From a virus, in the IMG/VR virus record IMGVR_UViG_3300024261_000007, positions 32,001 through 96,000 of that record: 64,000 nucleotides of DNA, one strand, 5' to 3'. Below the pieces are notes generated by a model. That model saw only the letters and a list, made by a program, of their open reading frames with translations, had not been told where the DNA came from and made no database searches. This document shows, piece by piece, positions 1 through 11,139 of this stretch. Within the stretch, counting starts at the first letter, position 1. Every line of letters begins with the position of its first letter. The translations under genes and the position numbers were made by a program.

Positions 1-1
1 T

Positions 2-2746
2 GATAATGTATCAAGCGATATTATTAAAAATAGTTTAAACAATAAATTTTATTCTTATGACAACTCATCTTTGAGTATTGACGACTATGATGACGGTAAT
101 AAAGAATCTTTAATTCAATATCAAAAAGATATTATTGACACTTCAGATAATCTTAAAATTATTAAAAACTCAGTTTTTTCTTTAGACAATATTAAAGATT
201 TAAGTAGTTCATCACAGTATAAATTTATTAGTAATATTCGGACTGTTGATTATGCAAATACAACAAGCAATGTAGAAAACAACATTAATAACTCAAATAG
301 ATCAGCAAGAGTTGAAAATATATTTAATAGTCTAACGCAGCCAGAAAATAATAATATAATAAACAAAAAGTTTGGGATAACAGCCAATATAGCTTGTAAT
401 TTTTATCCAGGACATATGCTTTTTTATGGATTTAGATCTTTCTCAAGATTTGATAAAGACGGGGAAGTAATTTATGAAAAAACGATACATAACAAAATAA
501 AAAGTGTACCAAACACAGATGACAAGAAATTTTTCATTGATAAAGAAAGAAACTTTAACATCGAGAAAGAAAGAAATATAAAATTAAAATTATCAGCTTA
601 TTTATGTAAAGGTGACAATCAAAGATTTAAAGACCACGTTAAAAACTTAAGAAGTGTATTAATTGAAGATATATTTGACTATGCTTCATGTAATGAAAAA
701 ACAATATTTAATAAAATAATACAAACAATTCAATTGTATTTACGTCAAGTTTTACCTAACTATTCCTCGAACGAGTTTAATTCTTTTGAAGAAATTAAAA
801 AATACGTTGAAAGTAATAAGTCAATTTACTCTGAAATTTTAATTATTGTTAAAACCTTTGCAAAAATTTTTCTTCCTGTGTTTTATAGACATCAAAGACA
901 TTCTTGTATACAAGTATTTAAATCTTTACCTGTCGAAAACCTTCAAGAAGATGATCTACCATATATTTGTGGTGGCAAAAACATGAATTCTTTTATATTC
1001 GGTAGAGTCGGTAAACATAACAATATTGACTCAAGTGTATTAAGATTTTATAATAAGAGAAAAAAAATTAATTTTACACTATCAGGTCAAAATTTATATA
1101 ATAAATTAATATCTGATATTATTAGAGTTAGAGATAATTTCTTACAAAACAATCTTGATATTTCTGATATTAAATTACACCAGGACAGCTATTTGTTAGA
1201 TACTGATCTTGTGCGCTCTATCAGTAGTGAGATTGACACGAAAGATATTTGGGTTACACCTTTTTCTAATCAGTTAAGAGTTGTCTATAATTCACTATAT
1301 AAATCAGATTTAATCCAGGTTTTAAATCTGGACGTAATTATTGGCTATTTAAGGACGCAAGAAAAAATAATAACTGGTGACACTTCAGAAACTTTTACAA
1401 GTTCTTTTTTTGAAAGTATTAAAAACAAAACAAACGAAAAATTTGCTAAATCAATAGAAAAAAACTTTTACAAAGACGTTTACATGCACTTATTTATTAA
1501 AAAAGCTAAAAACGCAGAAAACAGATCAAAAAGCACTTTAAATAGAATTAATTCAATATTGGAAAACACTGGAAATATTGATATTTATCAAAATTTAGAT
1601 ATATTTGATAATAATAGAGTATTTATCAACCAAAAACTTAATAATTTAAACAATGTAAACTCGCAAGAATATGGTTTAGACTATATTTTTAATAGTAATA
1701 GCAATTCTCATAATAAACTATTAAACAAAAACATATTAAGTTTAGGGTTACACAAAGATATAATAAAAAATAAAAGTTCAGACTTTATAGTAAAAGTAGA
1801 AGTAAATATTGTAGATATAGAAAACTTAAATCATGTTTATGTTCCTAAAATATATCTGTTTTCTTCTTCGATAAGCTCCGGTAATGACGTATTAAAAGAC
1901 GAAGAAAGCTATTCACCTAACAGCTTAATCTATTATGATAAAACTTTTAATACAAAGAATATAAAAAGTAGAATTATTGAATTTAACATTGAAGATAAAT
2001 ATTTGCCTATAGAAACTATAGGTGACACAAATGATATTTTAGATTTAAGCACTGATCGTGGTGACTTTTTATTTCAACAGATTAACAATATTTCGAAATA
2101 TTATAGCAATGTCTATGATACAATAACTAAGACAGATGAAAATATAATTAGCAGTTTACAGACATATTCTTACTTAAATAATCATATATTAAATTCTCAT
2201 TTAATGACAAAGTACTTAGAAAATTCATCTTTTTCATTGACAAACTATAATGTTCCAGACTTAAACAAGATTAATGTATACAATAGAAGTTATGTTGACA
2301 TTGTCAATCAAATTGACAAAAAAGACTTTTTAAAAGAATTTAATATTGAAAAAAGCAAATTTATAAATTCTCTTTCTTTCAATCAAGAAAGAGAATTTTT
2401 TGAAATAGTAGATGATAATAATAATACAAAAGCTGTCAATTTCTTAAACAATATACAAAGTCTAACAAACAAAAGTATTCTTCATGATACTGATGAATAT
2501 TTTTGCATATATCATATAAGCGTCGATCCTAACGATATGAACTATTTTATAATAGATGAATCTGCAATTGATCATGGTAACGATTTGTTGGTTGACATTA
2601 GTGATTTAGATAATATTTTTATTAATTCATTTATGAAAGATAAGTATGATCAACTAAGATCAATTAATGATTGTGGTCATTGTTACTATAGAAATAGAAA
2701 AAAAGTAAAAAACTATAAAATAATTATCAAAACTGAGGTTTTATAA
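2..2746 (+). CDS. Large Asn/Ile/Lys-rich hypothetical protein, 5'-partial (probable virion structural protein)
   Basis: The frame of the 71..2746 ORF is open back to position 2 (gat aat gta tca...), so the true start lies upstream of the window. No motif recognised; context is structural. Confidence 0.6.
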   Translation, partial: DNVSSDIIKNSLNNKFYSYDNSSLSIDDYDDGNKESLIQYQKDIIDTSDNLKIIKNSVFSLDNIKDLSSSSQYKFISNIRTVDYANTTSNVENNINNSNRSARVENIFNSLTQPENNNIINKKFGITANIACNFYPGHMLFYGFRSFSRFDKDGEVIYEKTIHNKIKSVPNTDDKKFFIDKERNFNIEKERNIKLKLSAYLCKGDNQRFKDHVKNLRSVLIEDIFDYASCNEKTIFNKIIQTIQLYLRQVLPNYSSNEFNSFEEIKKYVESNKSIYSEILIIVKTFAKIFLPVFYRHQRHSCIQVFKSLPVENLQEDDLPYICGGKNMNSFIFGRVGKHNNIDSSVLRFYNKRKKINFTLSGQNLYNKLISDIIRVRDNFLQNNLDISDIKLHQDSYLLDTDLVRSISSEIDTKDIWVTPFSNQLRVVYNSLYKSDLIQVLNLDVIIGYLRTQEKIITGDTSETFTSSFFESIKNKTNEKFAKSIEKNFYKDVYMHLFIKKAKNAENRSKSTLNRINSILENTGNIDIYQNLDIFDNNRVFINQKLNNLNNVNSQEYGLDYIFNSNSNSHNKLLNKNILSLGLHKDIIKNKSSDFIVKVEVNIVDIENLNHVYVPKIYLFSSSISSGNDVLKDEESYSPNSLIYYDKTFNTKNIKSRIIEFNIEDKYLPIETIGDTNDILDLSTDRGDFLFQQINNISKYYSNVYDTITKTDENIISSLQTYSYLNNHILNSHLMTKYLENSSFSLTNYNVPDLNKINVYNRSYVDIVNQIDKKDFLKEFNIEKSKFINSLSFNQEREFFEIVDDNNNTKAVNFLNNIQSLTNKSILHDTDEYFCIYHISVDPNDMNYFIIDESAIDHGNDLLVDISDLDNIFINSFMKDKYDQLRSINDCGHCYYRNRKKVKNYKIIIKTEVL

Positions 2747-4321
2747 ATGAATGACTTTGTAATAAATACACTCCCAGATATTAGCTGTAATATTTCAAAT
2801 AAATTTGTGTATAATTTTTTCAATCCAAATGAAGATATCATAGACGACAATATAATAAACATAAATACAGAAGAATTTTCTAATATAGAACGATATGTTG
2901 ATATTAATATTTTATACAAAAACAATATTAACTGTGTTACTTTACAAAGTTTTTTAGACACTGATGTGCTTGACAAACTAAGAGGTCTGGACAAATCAGA
3001 AATAAATAGAGACTTGCTGGAAAAAATAATTAACTTTAACAACAAAAAAGTTGTTTCGATTAATATGTCACCTAAAAAAGAAGAAATATTATTAGAAGAG
3101 ATAACTAATAAAAACTTAACTTTTTCTGAGTATTCTATTTTTTTTGAACAAATGAAAAATAATAAAAAAATACACATTAGTCCAGAAAATAAAAAATATT
3201 TTATAAGTGCTAATAACAAAACTCCTTTTTTAGAAAGCTTTAAAAAAATATTAAATCAAAACAACTTTGACTTTTTAAAAAATTATAATTCTAAAAACTT
3301 GCCTAAGCAAGAACACTCTTCTTTTACAAGATTTACAAACAATATAAAAAATCATTACTGTATGGTTGGTTTTTTATTAGAAAAATATAGTGTAAACGAG
3401 GATGACAAACTTAATTATAAAAGTTGTGTCTTTCTTTATAATAGAATACTGGACAACATATCTTCTAATTCAGAAAACTCTGAGTTTATTTCTACAGAAG
3501 TCATTAGTTTAAAGGATCAGGCTGTAAAATATGGTTCAACATACAAATATTATTTAACACCCATTTATTTGATAAATTTACCCCAACCAAAAGATTATTA
3601 TTACACTGACTTTTATTTCTGTAGAGATACTGCTATTAGTGAAGAAAAAGTAGTTTGTAAGGAATATGAAAGACCACATTCAACTTCTTTTATAAAATTC
3701 AAGTATTTACAAAACAAATTTTTAATGATTGATTGGGCAAAACCTGTCAATACACAAGGTGATATTTTTGGATATCAAATATTTAAAAGAGATACAATAG
3801 ATGAACCTTTTAAATTAGTTAAACAAATAGAATTTTTACCCAATGAGAGACAATTTAAAAGAAACGAAAATATTGATGTTACAACTGATGTTTCTTCTTT
3901 TGTCAATCATGTTACTACTTTTATTGATAAAGAATACGACAAAAACAAGATACAGATATATACAATATGCACCTTAGACGCTCGAGGCTACTCGTCAAAT
4001 TATTCACAACAATATGCAATATATTATAATTTTAATAAAAAAAATATAAGTATAGATCTAATAAGTCCTGAAGGTGCTCCTTTAAATTTGCCTAATTTAC
4101 TTATTCCAAGAAAAACAAAATTGTTAAATGAAAATAAGTCTATTGTAGAAGAAATATGTTTTGAATCAGGAGTTAGTAAAATTTCTGTTTACTTAACGCC
4201 TGATCTTATTAATATTTTAGATGACTCGAGTTCAAGAAATATATTAAGCGATATTTACAAATTTAATATATTTAGTTTAGATAAAAACATAAATCATATA
4301 AGCAATATAAGAATTACATAA
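2747..4321 (+). CDS. Hypothetical structural protein with FN3-like segment
   Basis: 524 aa, abuts the previous stop. ERPHSTSFIKF..LMIDWAKPVNTQGDIFGYQIFKR resembles a fibronectin type III beta-sandwich. Confidence 0.55.
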   Translation: MNDFVINTLPDISCNISNKFVYNFFNPNEDIIDDNIININTEEFSNIERYVDINILYKNNINCVTLQSFLDTDVLDKLRGLDKSEINRDLLEKIINFNNKKVVSINMSPKKEEILLEEITNKNLTFSEYSIFFEQMKNNKKIHISPENKKYFISANNKTPFLESFKKILNQNNFDFLKNYNSKNLPKQEHSSFTRFTNNIKNHYCMVGFLLEKYSVNEDDKLNYKSCVFLYNRILDNISSNSENSEFISTEVISLKDQAVKYGSTYKYYLTPIYLINLPQPKDYYYTDFYFCRDTAISEEKVVCKEYERPHSTSFIKFKYLQNKFLMIDWAKPVNTQGDIFGYQIFKRDTIDEPFKLVKQIEFLPNERQFKRNENIDVTTDVSSFVNHVTTFIDKEYDKNKIQIYTICTLDARGYSSNYSQQYAIYYNFNKKNISIDLISPEGAPLNLPNLLIPRKTKLLNENKSIVEEICFESGVSKISVYLTPDLINILDDSSSRNILSDIYKFNIFSLDKNINHISNIRIT

Positions 4322-4348
4322 TTATTAGTTCAAGAAAGGACGTTTTAG

Positions 4349-5104
4349 ATGGGCTTTTTAAATCATGCAACAAACAATATAATAATTGACGCCGTTTTAA
4401 CAGAAAGAGGTCGAGAGTTACTAGCAAAAAATGATGGTTCATTTAATATTACATCGTTTAGTTTTGGCGACGACGAAGTTGATTATTCAATTATATCAAG
4501 ATATGGTCTTCCAATTGGAAAAGAAAAAATTGAAAAAAACACACCAATCTTTGAAGCAAACCCAAATGAAAATATTGCGATAAAGCACCCACTTATTACT
4601 TTTACAAATTCACTTACAAGTTTAGAAAATATTCCGACTCTAAAAAGAGTAGACACTACAGGTAACGTAAATAGCAACATATCTTTATTCGATACAAGAA
4701 TAAACGACAATGATTCTACTTCAATTCAATACACTATCGAAATTAGAAATAATGTACCTAGCCTTGAAGGTGCTCAAATTTTAAATGAAAACATTACTGA
4801 TAATAGAATTTATGTTAAATTGCATAGTGACTTATTAAGCATCGTTAATAACACACCTTTAGATTCAGACTTAAATAATATTGCAACTTATTCTATTCCC
4901 ACGTCAACAGTTTCAAGTGGCGAATGGGCAAATCAAATAACAGCTTCATTTACCATTAATTCAAATGGAATAGTTAGTGCTTCAGATTTTACAAAATATT
5001 CATCTCTATCAAATAGCAGTGTAATAAACACTTCAGTTCAGGTAATAGGATCATCTTCAGGTGCATCTTTAATAATTCCTGTTTCAATAACAAGACAAGC
5101 TTAA
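4349..5104 (+). CDS. Putative baseplate/tail-fibre attachment structural protein
   Basis: AAGGA RBS. N-terminus IDAVLTERGRELLA..FNITSFSFGDDEVDY resembles tail-collar/fibre-type N-termini of large myoviruses. Confidence 0.6.
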   Translation: MGFLNHATNNIIIDAVLTERGRELLAKNDGSFNITSFSFGDDEVDYSIISRYGLPIGKEKIEKNTPIFEANPNENIAIKHPLITFTNSLTSLENIPTLKRVDTTGNVNSNISLFDTRINDNDSTSIQYTIEIRNNVPSLEGAQILNENITDNRIYVKLHSDLLSIVNNTPLDSDLNNIATYSIPTSTVSSGEWANQITASFTINSNGIVSASDFTKYSSLSNSSVINTSVQVIGSSSGASLIIPVSITRQA

Positions 5105-5119
5105 AAGAAAGATTATAAA

Positions 5120-6676
5120 ATGGCAGTAGACTTAACAGGATCATACGTTTCTATAAATCCAAGTAATATTAGCACAGAAAAAACATCAGTACAACAGCTT
5201 GTTGATATTGTTCAGACTGATATTGCGAGTGTAAATACAAATACTAGAAAATCTTATGAAGTTTTTACTAGCGGAAATATTGATAGTACACAAAGTATTA
5301 GTAGCTCTTTATTTCAAACAGTTTATGATCAAGACTTTTCTCTAGGCACAGCAAATTCTTTATTTGATATATCTGTTGGTTCTTTGGGCGAGTTTGATTT
5401 AGATAACAACTCTGTTGTGGTTAACACATTAAATTTACCGCTTAATGACGGAAAAATTAATACTACAAGTATTCCATCAGCAACGATGCTTAGAGAAAAA
5501 ATTCACATTTACAAGCAGTTTGCACAAAATTTATTAGGTGATTCTAGTAAATCTTTTTTTACACCTCATTCTGCGACTGTAGAAGAAGCTGATGCTACTG
5601 AGATTTCTGCTAATCCTGGAACTTATAGTAAAAAAATTAGAGGTGCCATTTTTATTTGTTTTAAAAGGCTTTTTACAAGGGACAATATCTATAAAGGGTC
5701 TTTTGGTCTAAGAATTAGAAAAAATGCATCAACTTTAATTTCTGGAGGAGGTTTAGCAATATCAAATATTAACGATGAGGTTCTTGCAAATGATGTTAAT
5801 CCAGCAGCTGCAAACACAGTAATCTATGATGATCGATTAGTTGCAACAGGTCTTGGGATTAGTCCTGTTGCAGGTGAAGTTTCAACATTATCAGATGCTT
5901 CGAACAACTATGTTGGATTAATATTTTATGACAGTGGAATTATAGTATTAGATGTTGAAAGAGCTTTCAACCCGCAACAAATAATTAGAGGGTTAATTAC
6001 AACTACTAGACAAGGTGATTCAACAAATGAATTAGACGGACCTTTTTGGTATTCAGGAATTGAAGATGCTCAAGGTGATAATTTTTATTACCCAGTATAT
6101 ACTACAGATAGAGAAGGTACTTATAATACACTTAACTTTACTGCTGATGGTGTAGTATTGTATCATGAACATGGAACTCTTGAAGTAACTGATATTCAGC
6201 CTTCTGAGAATGATTTAACTCATGGTCTTTTAACTGAGTATAGTGTCGCAAATCAAAATTTCTATACAGACGCAAGTATACTTGAAATAGACGGAACATC
6301 TATTCATGAGGGGAGTTTATATCCTAGCTTATGGACAAAAGGAACTATTGATGATGTAATTGATCATATATGTACAACAAGGTTTGATAGAGGCCAAAGA
6401 TCAGCAATTACATTTAGAAATGAAACTATAATTAATTCTTCATTAATATTTTGTAGAGCATCACACAATCAGTTTAACTATTCTACTAATCCAACTTATA
6501 CAGATTCAGACAGTAGAATAATTGCTAAAACCACAGACAATAGAACTTTTACGTACGTTACAACAATTGGATTATATGATGCAGAAGGTTTTTTGCTTGC
6601 TGTTGCTAAAACTTCAAGACCTATAGAAAAAAATCCATCAACTGATCTCTCTATCAGAATAAGACTTGATTATTAA
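5120..6676 (+). CDS. Putative baseplate/tail structural protein
   Basis: C-terminus YVTTIGLYDAEGFLLAVAKTSRPIEK..IRIRLDY is a tail-collar-fibre-like motif shared with the next gene. Confidence 0.6.
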   Translation: MAVDLTGSYVSINPSNISTEKTSVQQLVDIVQTDIASVNTNTRKSYEVFTSGNIDSTQSISSSLFQTVYDQDFSLGTANSLFDISVGSLGEFDLDNNSVVVNTLNLPLNDGKINTTSIPSATMLREKIHIYKQFAQNLLGDSSKSFFTPHSATVEEADATEISANPGTYSKKIRGAIFICFKRLFTRDNIYKGSFGLRIRKNASTLISGGGLAISNINDEVLANDVNPAAANTVIYDDRLVATGLGISPVAGEVSTLSDASNNYVGLIFYDSGIIVLDVERAFNPQQIIRGLITTTRQGDSTNELDGPFWYSGIEDAQGDNFYYPVYTTDREGTYNTLNFTADGVVLYHEHGTLEVTDIQPSENDLTHGLLTEYSVANQNFYTDASILEIDGTSIHEGSLYPSLWTKGTIDDVIDHICTTRFDRGQRSAITFRNETIINSSLIFCRASHNQFNYSTNPTYTDSDSRIIAKTTDNRTFTYVTTIGLYDAEGFLLAVAKTSRPIEKNPSTDLSIRIRLDY

Positions 6677-6684
6677 GAAAAAAC

Positions 6685-9624
6685 ATGTCTTTTATACCTC
6701 TCGATCATAAAAATTTTATTGTTAATAAAATAAAAAACAAGTCTAAAATAGAGTATATTAATTCTGATGTTTCTTCTTATGTTGTTGATCAAAAAATAGA
6801 TTCGAAATCATTAATTAATAATAACAATTTTAACAATTTTACTTTTGAAGAATTAAATATTAGTGATGAAGATACTCTGAAAGTAATAAAAAGAAATAGT
6901 ATTGTTGACTTTTTCAATAAAGTTTCAAATCAAAATAACTTTTCTTACATAGAAGATGATCAAGAAAAAAATTATTTTGATCATATAAAAGATCCTTTGC
7001 AAGACGAAGAAGTTTTAAATGACAGTATAAAGCAATATAATTTTAAAAATTATACTAAAATTGAAAAAAATAATCAAAAATTTTTAATAGACTGCAGAGA
7101 GAAAAATAAAATAGATGTTGTTAAAAAATCACTGTACGACAACTATAGTTATAATTACAGTTTAGATTATTATAAAGATTTAAATAAAGGTTACTGTAAT
7201 TATAACAGTATTAACTTTTTTTCTCTGTCTGATGACTTAAACTTAAAACATTCAAATGCAATTATTTGGCCCAATTTAGTAAATAACAATAGCAATCAAT
7301 ATGACTTTCTGCAAAAAGATTCAACTATTAGTTTTAGTTTTAATCTAAGAAACAAAAAAGATTTTTTAGGAATACATCCTCAGTGTGTTTTACACATTCC
7401 TGATTTTTTAAATGTATATGTAGTTAGAAATAATGATTTAATAAACAAGTATAAAATATGTATTGTAGCAGGTAGTAATACAAGAAAAAACTTTCATGAT
7501 ATAATAAATGATTTTTCAATTGATTTTGACAGCAATCAAGAAATCTATATAAGCCAAGAAAGTGTATACGTTACACAAGGTTTGACTATAAACGAAAATC
7601 ATTGGTATAACTTAAGTATTGTATTAAGTAAAAACAGAGAATTAAACAATAATCAAGATTTAAGATCTCTGGAGTGCTTTATAGATGAAGATGTAATTTT
7701 TTCAATAAAAGATTTGAATTTTAATAAACACCAAAATAATCTATTTAATTCTTATATTTGCTTAGGTAATAAGATTAACTATAAGGAAGATGACAATCTA
7801 TATACATTAGATTACAATGACGTTTTTTATTATTTGTTCGGAAGTAGAAAAGATGAAACAAGTCTAAGCGGCGGACCTTATATTAAAAAAGATATCGATT
7901 ATGGAAAAAATTTTTCATGGGAGGATGATGGATCAAAATTAATTGATAACATTGATTCTTTTTTAGATATTAACATATTAAATAAAATTCAAGAAAAATG
8001 TGAATCTTTTGAAGGAGAGATTCACAACATAAGAATATATTCTAAATCTTTAAAAAAAGATAAAATAAAAGAAAATTCTTACAATACAGTCAAGAGTTTA
8101 TCAAAAGAAAAGGAAATTTATAGTTTAGAGTTTTACGTTCCAGTATTTAATATAAATAGTTACGTAAGTAAAAAATCATTATTCAATCTTAATGTAAATA
8201 GCATTAGTAATATGCATTTTTCATGTATATATAACCCTTACTTTGCTAATAGCTGTGGTGGCTTAGAAATTTCTACTGAGAATTATTTGATTGATTTTGT
8301 AAATTATACAAAGCCTAACGTGGTAGTTGATGGTCATAATCAAATAAACTTTATAGAAAACAACTATTTACATATTAATAATTTATCTATTTCCAGCTTT
8401 ACAGATGTTTTTAACAAAATGAAAAAAGGCATTATGTTTAATAACATTTATCATGATTTAATTGATACTTCTACACAATCTAACGGAAATTTAATTTATA
8501 ATAATCTACTAATTTTACCTAATGATGATGGTAAACTTAAGGTAGATTTTAATATTATTAACGAATTTTTAACAACTATATATCCACAAGAAAAATACTT
8601 TTATGATAATTTTATTGTGCACAATATTTCCATAGAAAACTTATTTAAAGGAAACAAAGAAGAATTTTTCTACCCTCTATGTTTAAATAACACACAATAT
8701 GAACAGTATAGCTTAAATAGCAATCAATCTAATACATTAAGTTTAAATATAGCTGAAAATTTATCATATGATTTCTCTTTAACAAAAGATAAATTTTATA
8801 ATTTCTCAAATTGTCTTTTTCATGACACAAATTTTGAATACGATACAACTAATTATTCTTATGATTTAACCTCTTGTAATGAAGAAATAGTTGATTTACA
8901 TGACGAGCTAAATGAAAATAGTAATTTAAACTTAGACATAAGTCCTGTTATAAGAAATTATTTTAAAGACATAAATTCTTTAAGTTATGAGATAAAAACA
9001 GTTTTTACGGATAGATTTTATATAAATAATAGTTTAGTAGAAGTCAATTATATAAATTATCCTTTAGGATATACAGATTATCAAAAAACTTTTGATTGTA
9101 TGTTTACAACAATATTTAATGTATCAAACAAATATTATAATACAAAAATTGAAAAAGAATCTTTTTTCATAGAAGATAATTTATTTAAAAATTTAAGTTT
9201 ATCATTTAAAGATAACAGTAATGGCTCAATACATAGAAGTGACTGTGAAAGTAAAATAGCAAACTGGAATTATGTAGGAAATATATTTTACAAAGAAGGA
9301 ATATGTACTTTTTTTAGGCCAGAGTTTAGCTATTTTGGTAAAAATGATTTTAAATGTAGTTTTGATGCTGTTTATAATATGTTTGTTCATGAAATTAATA
9401 TACAAGCTAAAAACGGATTTTACAATAAAAGTTTTAATAGTTCTTATGATATCAAATTAAGACAAGACGAAAACTCTTTAAATTCTGAGTCTTCTTTTGT
9501 TTATGTATCTGATATTAATTTACATGATGAAAATTTTAATATTATAGCAAAAGCAAAGCTTTCAAGGCCTGCGCCTAAAAGATTAGAAGATAATATACTT
9601 TTTAGACTCAAAATGGATTATTAA
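6685..9624 (+). CDS. Structural protein with LamG/concanavalin-like domain and tail-collar-like C-terminus
   Basis: LamG-like motifs NHWYNLSIV and FEGEIHNIRIYSKSL. C-terminus YVSDINLHDENFNIIAKAKLSRP..FRLKMDY is paralogous to 5120..6676. Confidence 0.6.
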   Translation: MSFIPLDHKNFIVNKIKNKSKIEYINSDVSSYVVDQKIDSKSLINNNNFNNFTFEELNISDEDTLKVIKRNSIVDFFNKVSNQNNFSYIEDDQEKNYFDHIKDPLQDEEVLNDSIKQYNFKNYTKIEKNNQKFLIDCREKNKIDVVKKSLYDNYSYNYSLDYYKDLNKGYCNYNSINFFSLSDDLNLKHSNAIIWPNLVNNNSNQYDFLQKDSTISFSFNLRNKKDFLGIHPQCVLHIPDFLNVYVVRNNDLINKYKICIVAGSNTRKNFHDIINDFSIDFDSNQEIYISQESVYVTQGLTINENHWYNLSIVLSKNRELNNNQDLRSLECFIDEDVIFSIKDLNFNKHQNNLFNSYICLGNKINYKEDDNLYTLDYNDVFYYLFGSRKDETSLSGGPYIKKDIDYGKNFSWEDDGSKLIDNIDSFLDINILNKIQEKCESFEGEIHNIRIYSKSLKKDKIKENSYNTVKSLSKEKEIYSLEFYVPVFNINSYVSKKSLFNLNVNSISNMHFSCIYNPYFANSCGGLEISTENYLIDFVNYTKPNVVVDGHNQINFIENNYLHINNLSISSFTDVFNKMKKGIMFNNIYHDLIDTSTQSNGNLIYNNLLILPNDDGKLKVDFNIINEFLTTIYPQEKYFYDNFIVHNISIENLFKGNKEEFFYPLCLNNTQYEQYSLNSNQSNTLSLNIAENLSYDFSLTKDKFYNFSNCLFHDTNFEYDTTNYSYDLTSCNEEIVDLHDELNENSNLNLDISPVIRNYFKDINSLSYEIKTVFTDRFYINNSLVEVNYINYPLGYTDYQKTFDCMFTTIFNVSNKYYNTKIEKESFFIEDNLFKNLSLSFKDNSNGSIHRSDCESKIANWNYVGNIFYKEGICTFFRPEFSYFGKNDFKCSFDAVYNMFVHEINIQAKNGFYNKSFNSSYDIKLRQDENSLNSESSFVYVSDINLHDENFNIIAKAKLSRPAPKRLEDNILFRLKMDY

Positions 9625-10181
9625 TGTTATGTATAGGATTAGATATATCAACTTCAATAGTAGGAATATCAGTTTTTAAAGATAAAAAGCTTGATAAATT
9701 AAATTATGTTGATTTAAGTAAAGAAAAATGTATTTTTAAGAAAGCTAAAATGTTTGAAAACTTTTTTCTAAAAAATATTGTAAATATTGGATTTATAGAT
9801 TACATTTATATAGAAGATATACTACAGAGTTTCAAAAGAGGTTTATCATCAGCTAATACTCTTATGAAGTTAGCAAAGTTTAATGGTATAGTTTCTAATA
9901 TAGTATATAATAATACTGGTTTAATACCTGAATATATAAATGTAAATACTGCTCGTAAAACTTTAGAAATAAAAATTGACAAAAACTCTTCAGTTGATAA
10001 AAAAGAACAAGTTATGATGTGGGTAGATAAAGATTTAAATGAAAATTATTCTTGGCCTACTAAAGTTATAAGTAGAGGACCAAATAAAGGACTTGTAAAA
10101 TATGAAAAATTTTGTTATGATATGGCAGACGCATATGTAATTTGTAAAGCTGGTATTATAATAAATGAGCAAAATCCATAA
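9624..10181 (+). CDS. RuvC-like Holliday junction resolvase
   Basis: RNase H-fold acidic motifs IGLDISTS..G, YIEDI and DMADAYVI; TAATG coupling to the upstream gene. Confidence 0.85.
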   Translation: MLCIGLDISTSIVGISVFKDKKLDKLNYVDLSKEKCIFKKAKMFENFFLKNIVNIGFIDYIYIEDILQSFKRGLSSANTLMKLAKFNGIVSNIVYNNTGLIPEYINVNTARKTLEIKIDKNSSVDKKEQVMMWVDKDLNENYSWPTKVISRGPNKGLVKYEKFCYDMADAYVICKAGIIINEQNP

Positions 10182-11139
10182 AAGAATAGATTTTTTTGAC
10201 AAATATTTCCCAAACCATACCTTATCAAAAGATGGAGTTAATTTAAATATTTGGTGCCCTTTTTGTAAACACGAAAACAAACATAAAAAAAAGATGGTAG
10301 TACACTTAGAGAAGTGTCTTTATCATTGCTGGACGTGTGATAAAAAAGGTGCAAATATACCATACCTCATCAGTAAATTTAGTTCTAAACTGACTAAAAT
10401 AGCTGAACAGTTGTTTACTAAAAAATTAAATAATAATTCTGTGGATTTGTTTGGAAATAATCTTCTAATAGAAGAAGAGCACGATCCTGTTGTTTTGCCG
10501 ACTAATTTTGTTTTTTTTGTTGATCAAATCGAAAGTTTTAGCCCGGACACAAAAGCCGTGTTGAAATACGCAGTTAGCAGAGGATTTACTAAACATAAAC
10601 TTTTTATGCTAAGAGCAGGCTTTTCAACAAACTCTGAGTATAGAAGATATTTGATTTTACCTTCATATGATGCTAATGGAAACTTAAATTATTATGTTTC
10701 AAGAAAAATAGATGTAGGAACCGGAGATAGTTTTAAATACAAAAATGCAAATTATCCAAAGAAAAAAATAATATTTAACGAAATTAACATTAACTGGAAG
10801 TTACCCTTAACAATTGTAGAAGGGCCATTAGACTTAATAAAAACAAATGATAACGCAACATGTTTATTAGGCTCTTCTCTCACAGAAGATATGCTTTTAT
10901 TTCAAAAAATTGTTAGTCATAAGACAACAATTAACTTAGCTTTAGACTCTGATGTTTACAATAAAAGTTTAAATATTGCCAGCTTGTTACATCGATATGA
11001 TATACCAGTTAATATTATTGATACAAGAGGTGCAGATGATGTTGGTGATATGCATCCAGAAGATTTTAAAAGAAGATTGAATTTGTCCAAAGAATTTAAT
11101 AAAAATGACAAGCTTTTAGCTAAAATTCGGAGTTTATAA
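10165..11139 (+). CDS. DNA primase (Zn finger + TOPRIM, T4 gp61/DnaG-like)
   Basis: CPFC...HCWTC zinc finger, KYKN, IVEGPLD and LDSD TOPRIM motifs, DDVGD. Confidence 0.88.
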   Translation: MSKIHKRIDFFDKYFPNHTLSKDGVNLNIWCPFCKHENKHKKKMVVHLEKCLYHCWTCDKKGANIPYLISKFSSKLTKIAEQLFTKKLNNNSVDLFGNNLLIEEEHDPVVLPTNFVFFVDQIESFSPDTKAVLKYAVSRGFTKHKLFMLRAGFSTNSEYRRYLILPSYDANGNLNYYVSRKIDVGTGDSFKYKNANYPKKKIIFNEININWKLPLTIVEGPLDLIKTNDNATCLLGSSLTEDMLLFQKIVSHKTTINLALDSDVYNKSLNIASLLHRYDIPVNIIDTRGADDVGDMHPEDFKRRLNLSKEFNKNDKLLAKIRSL

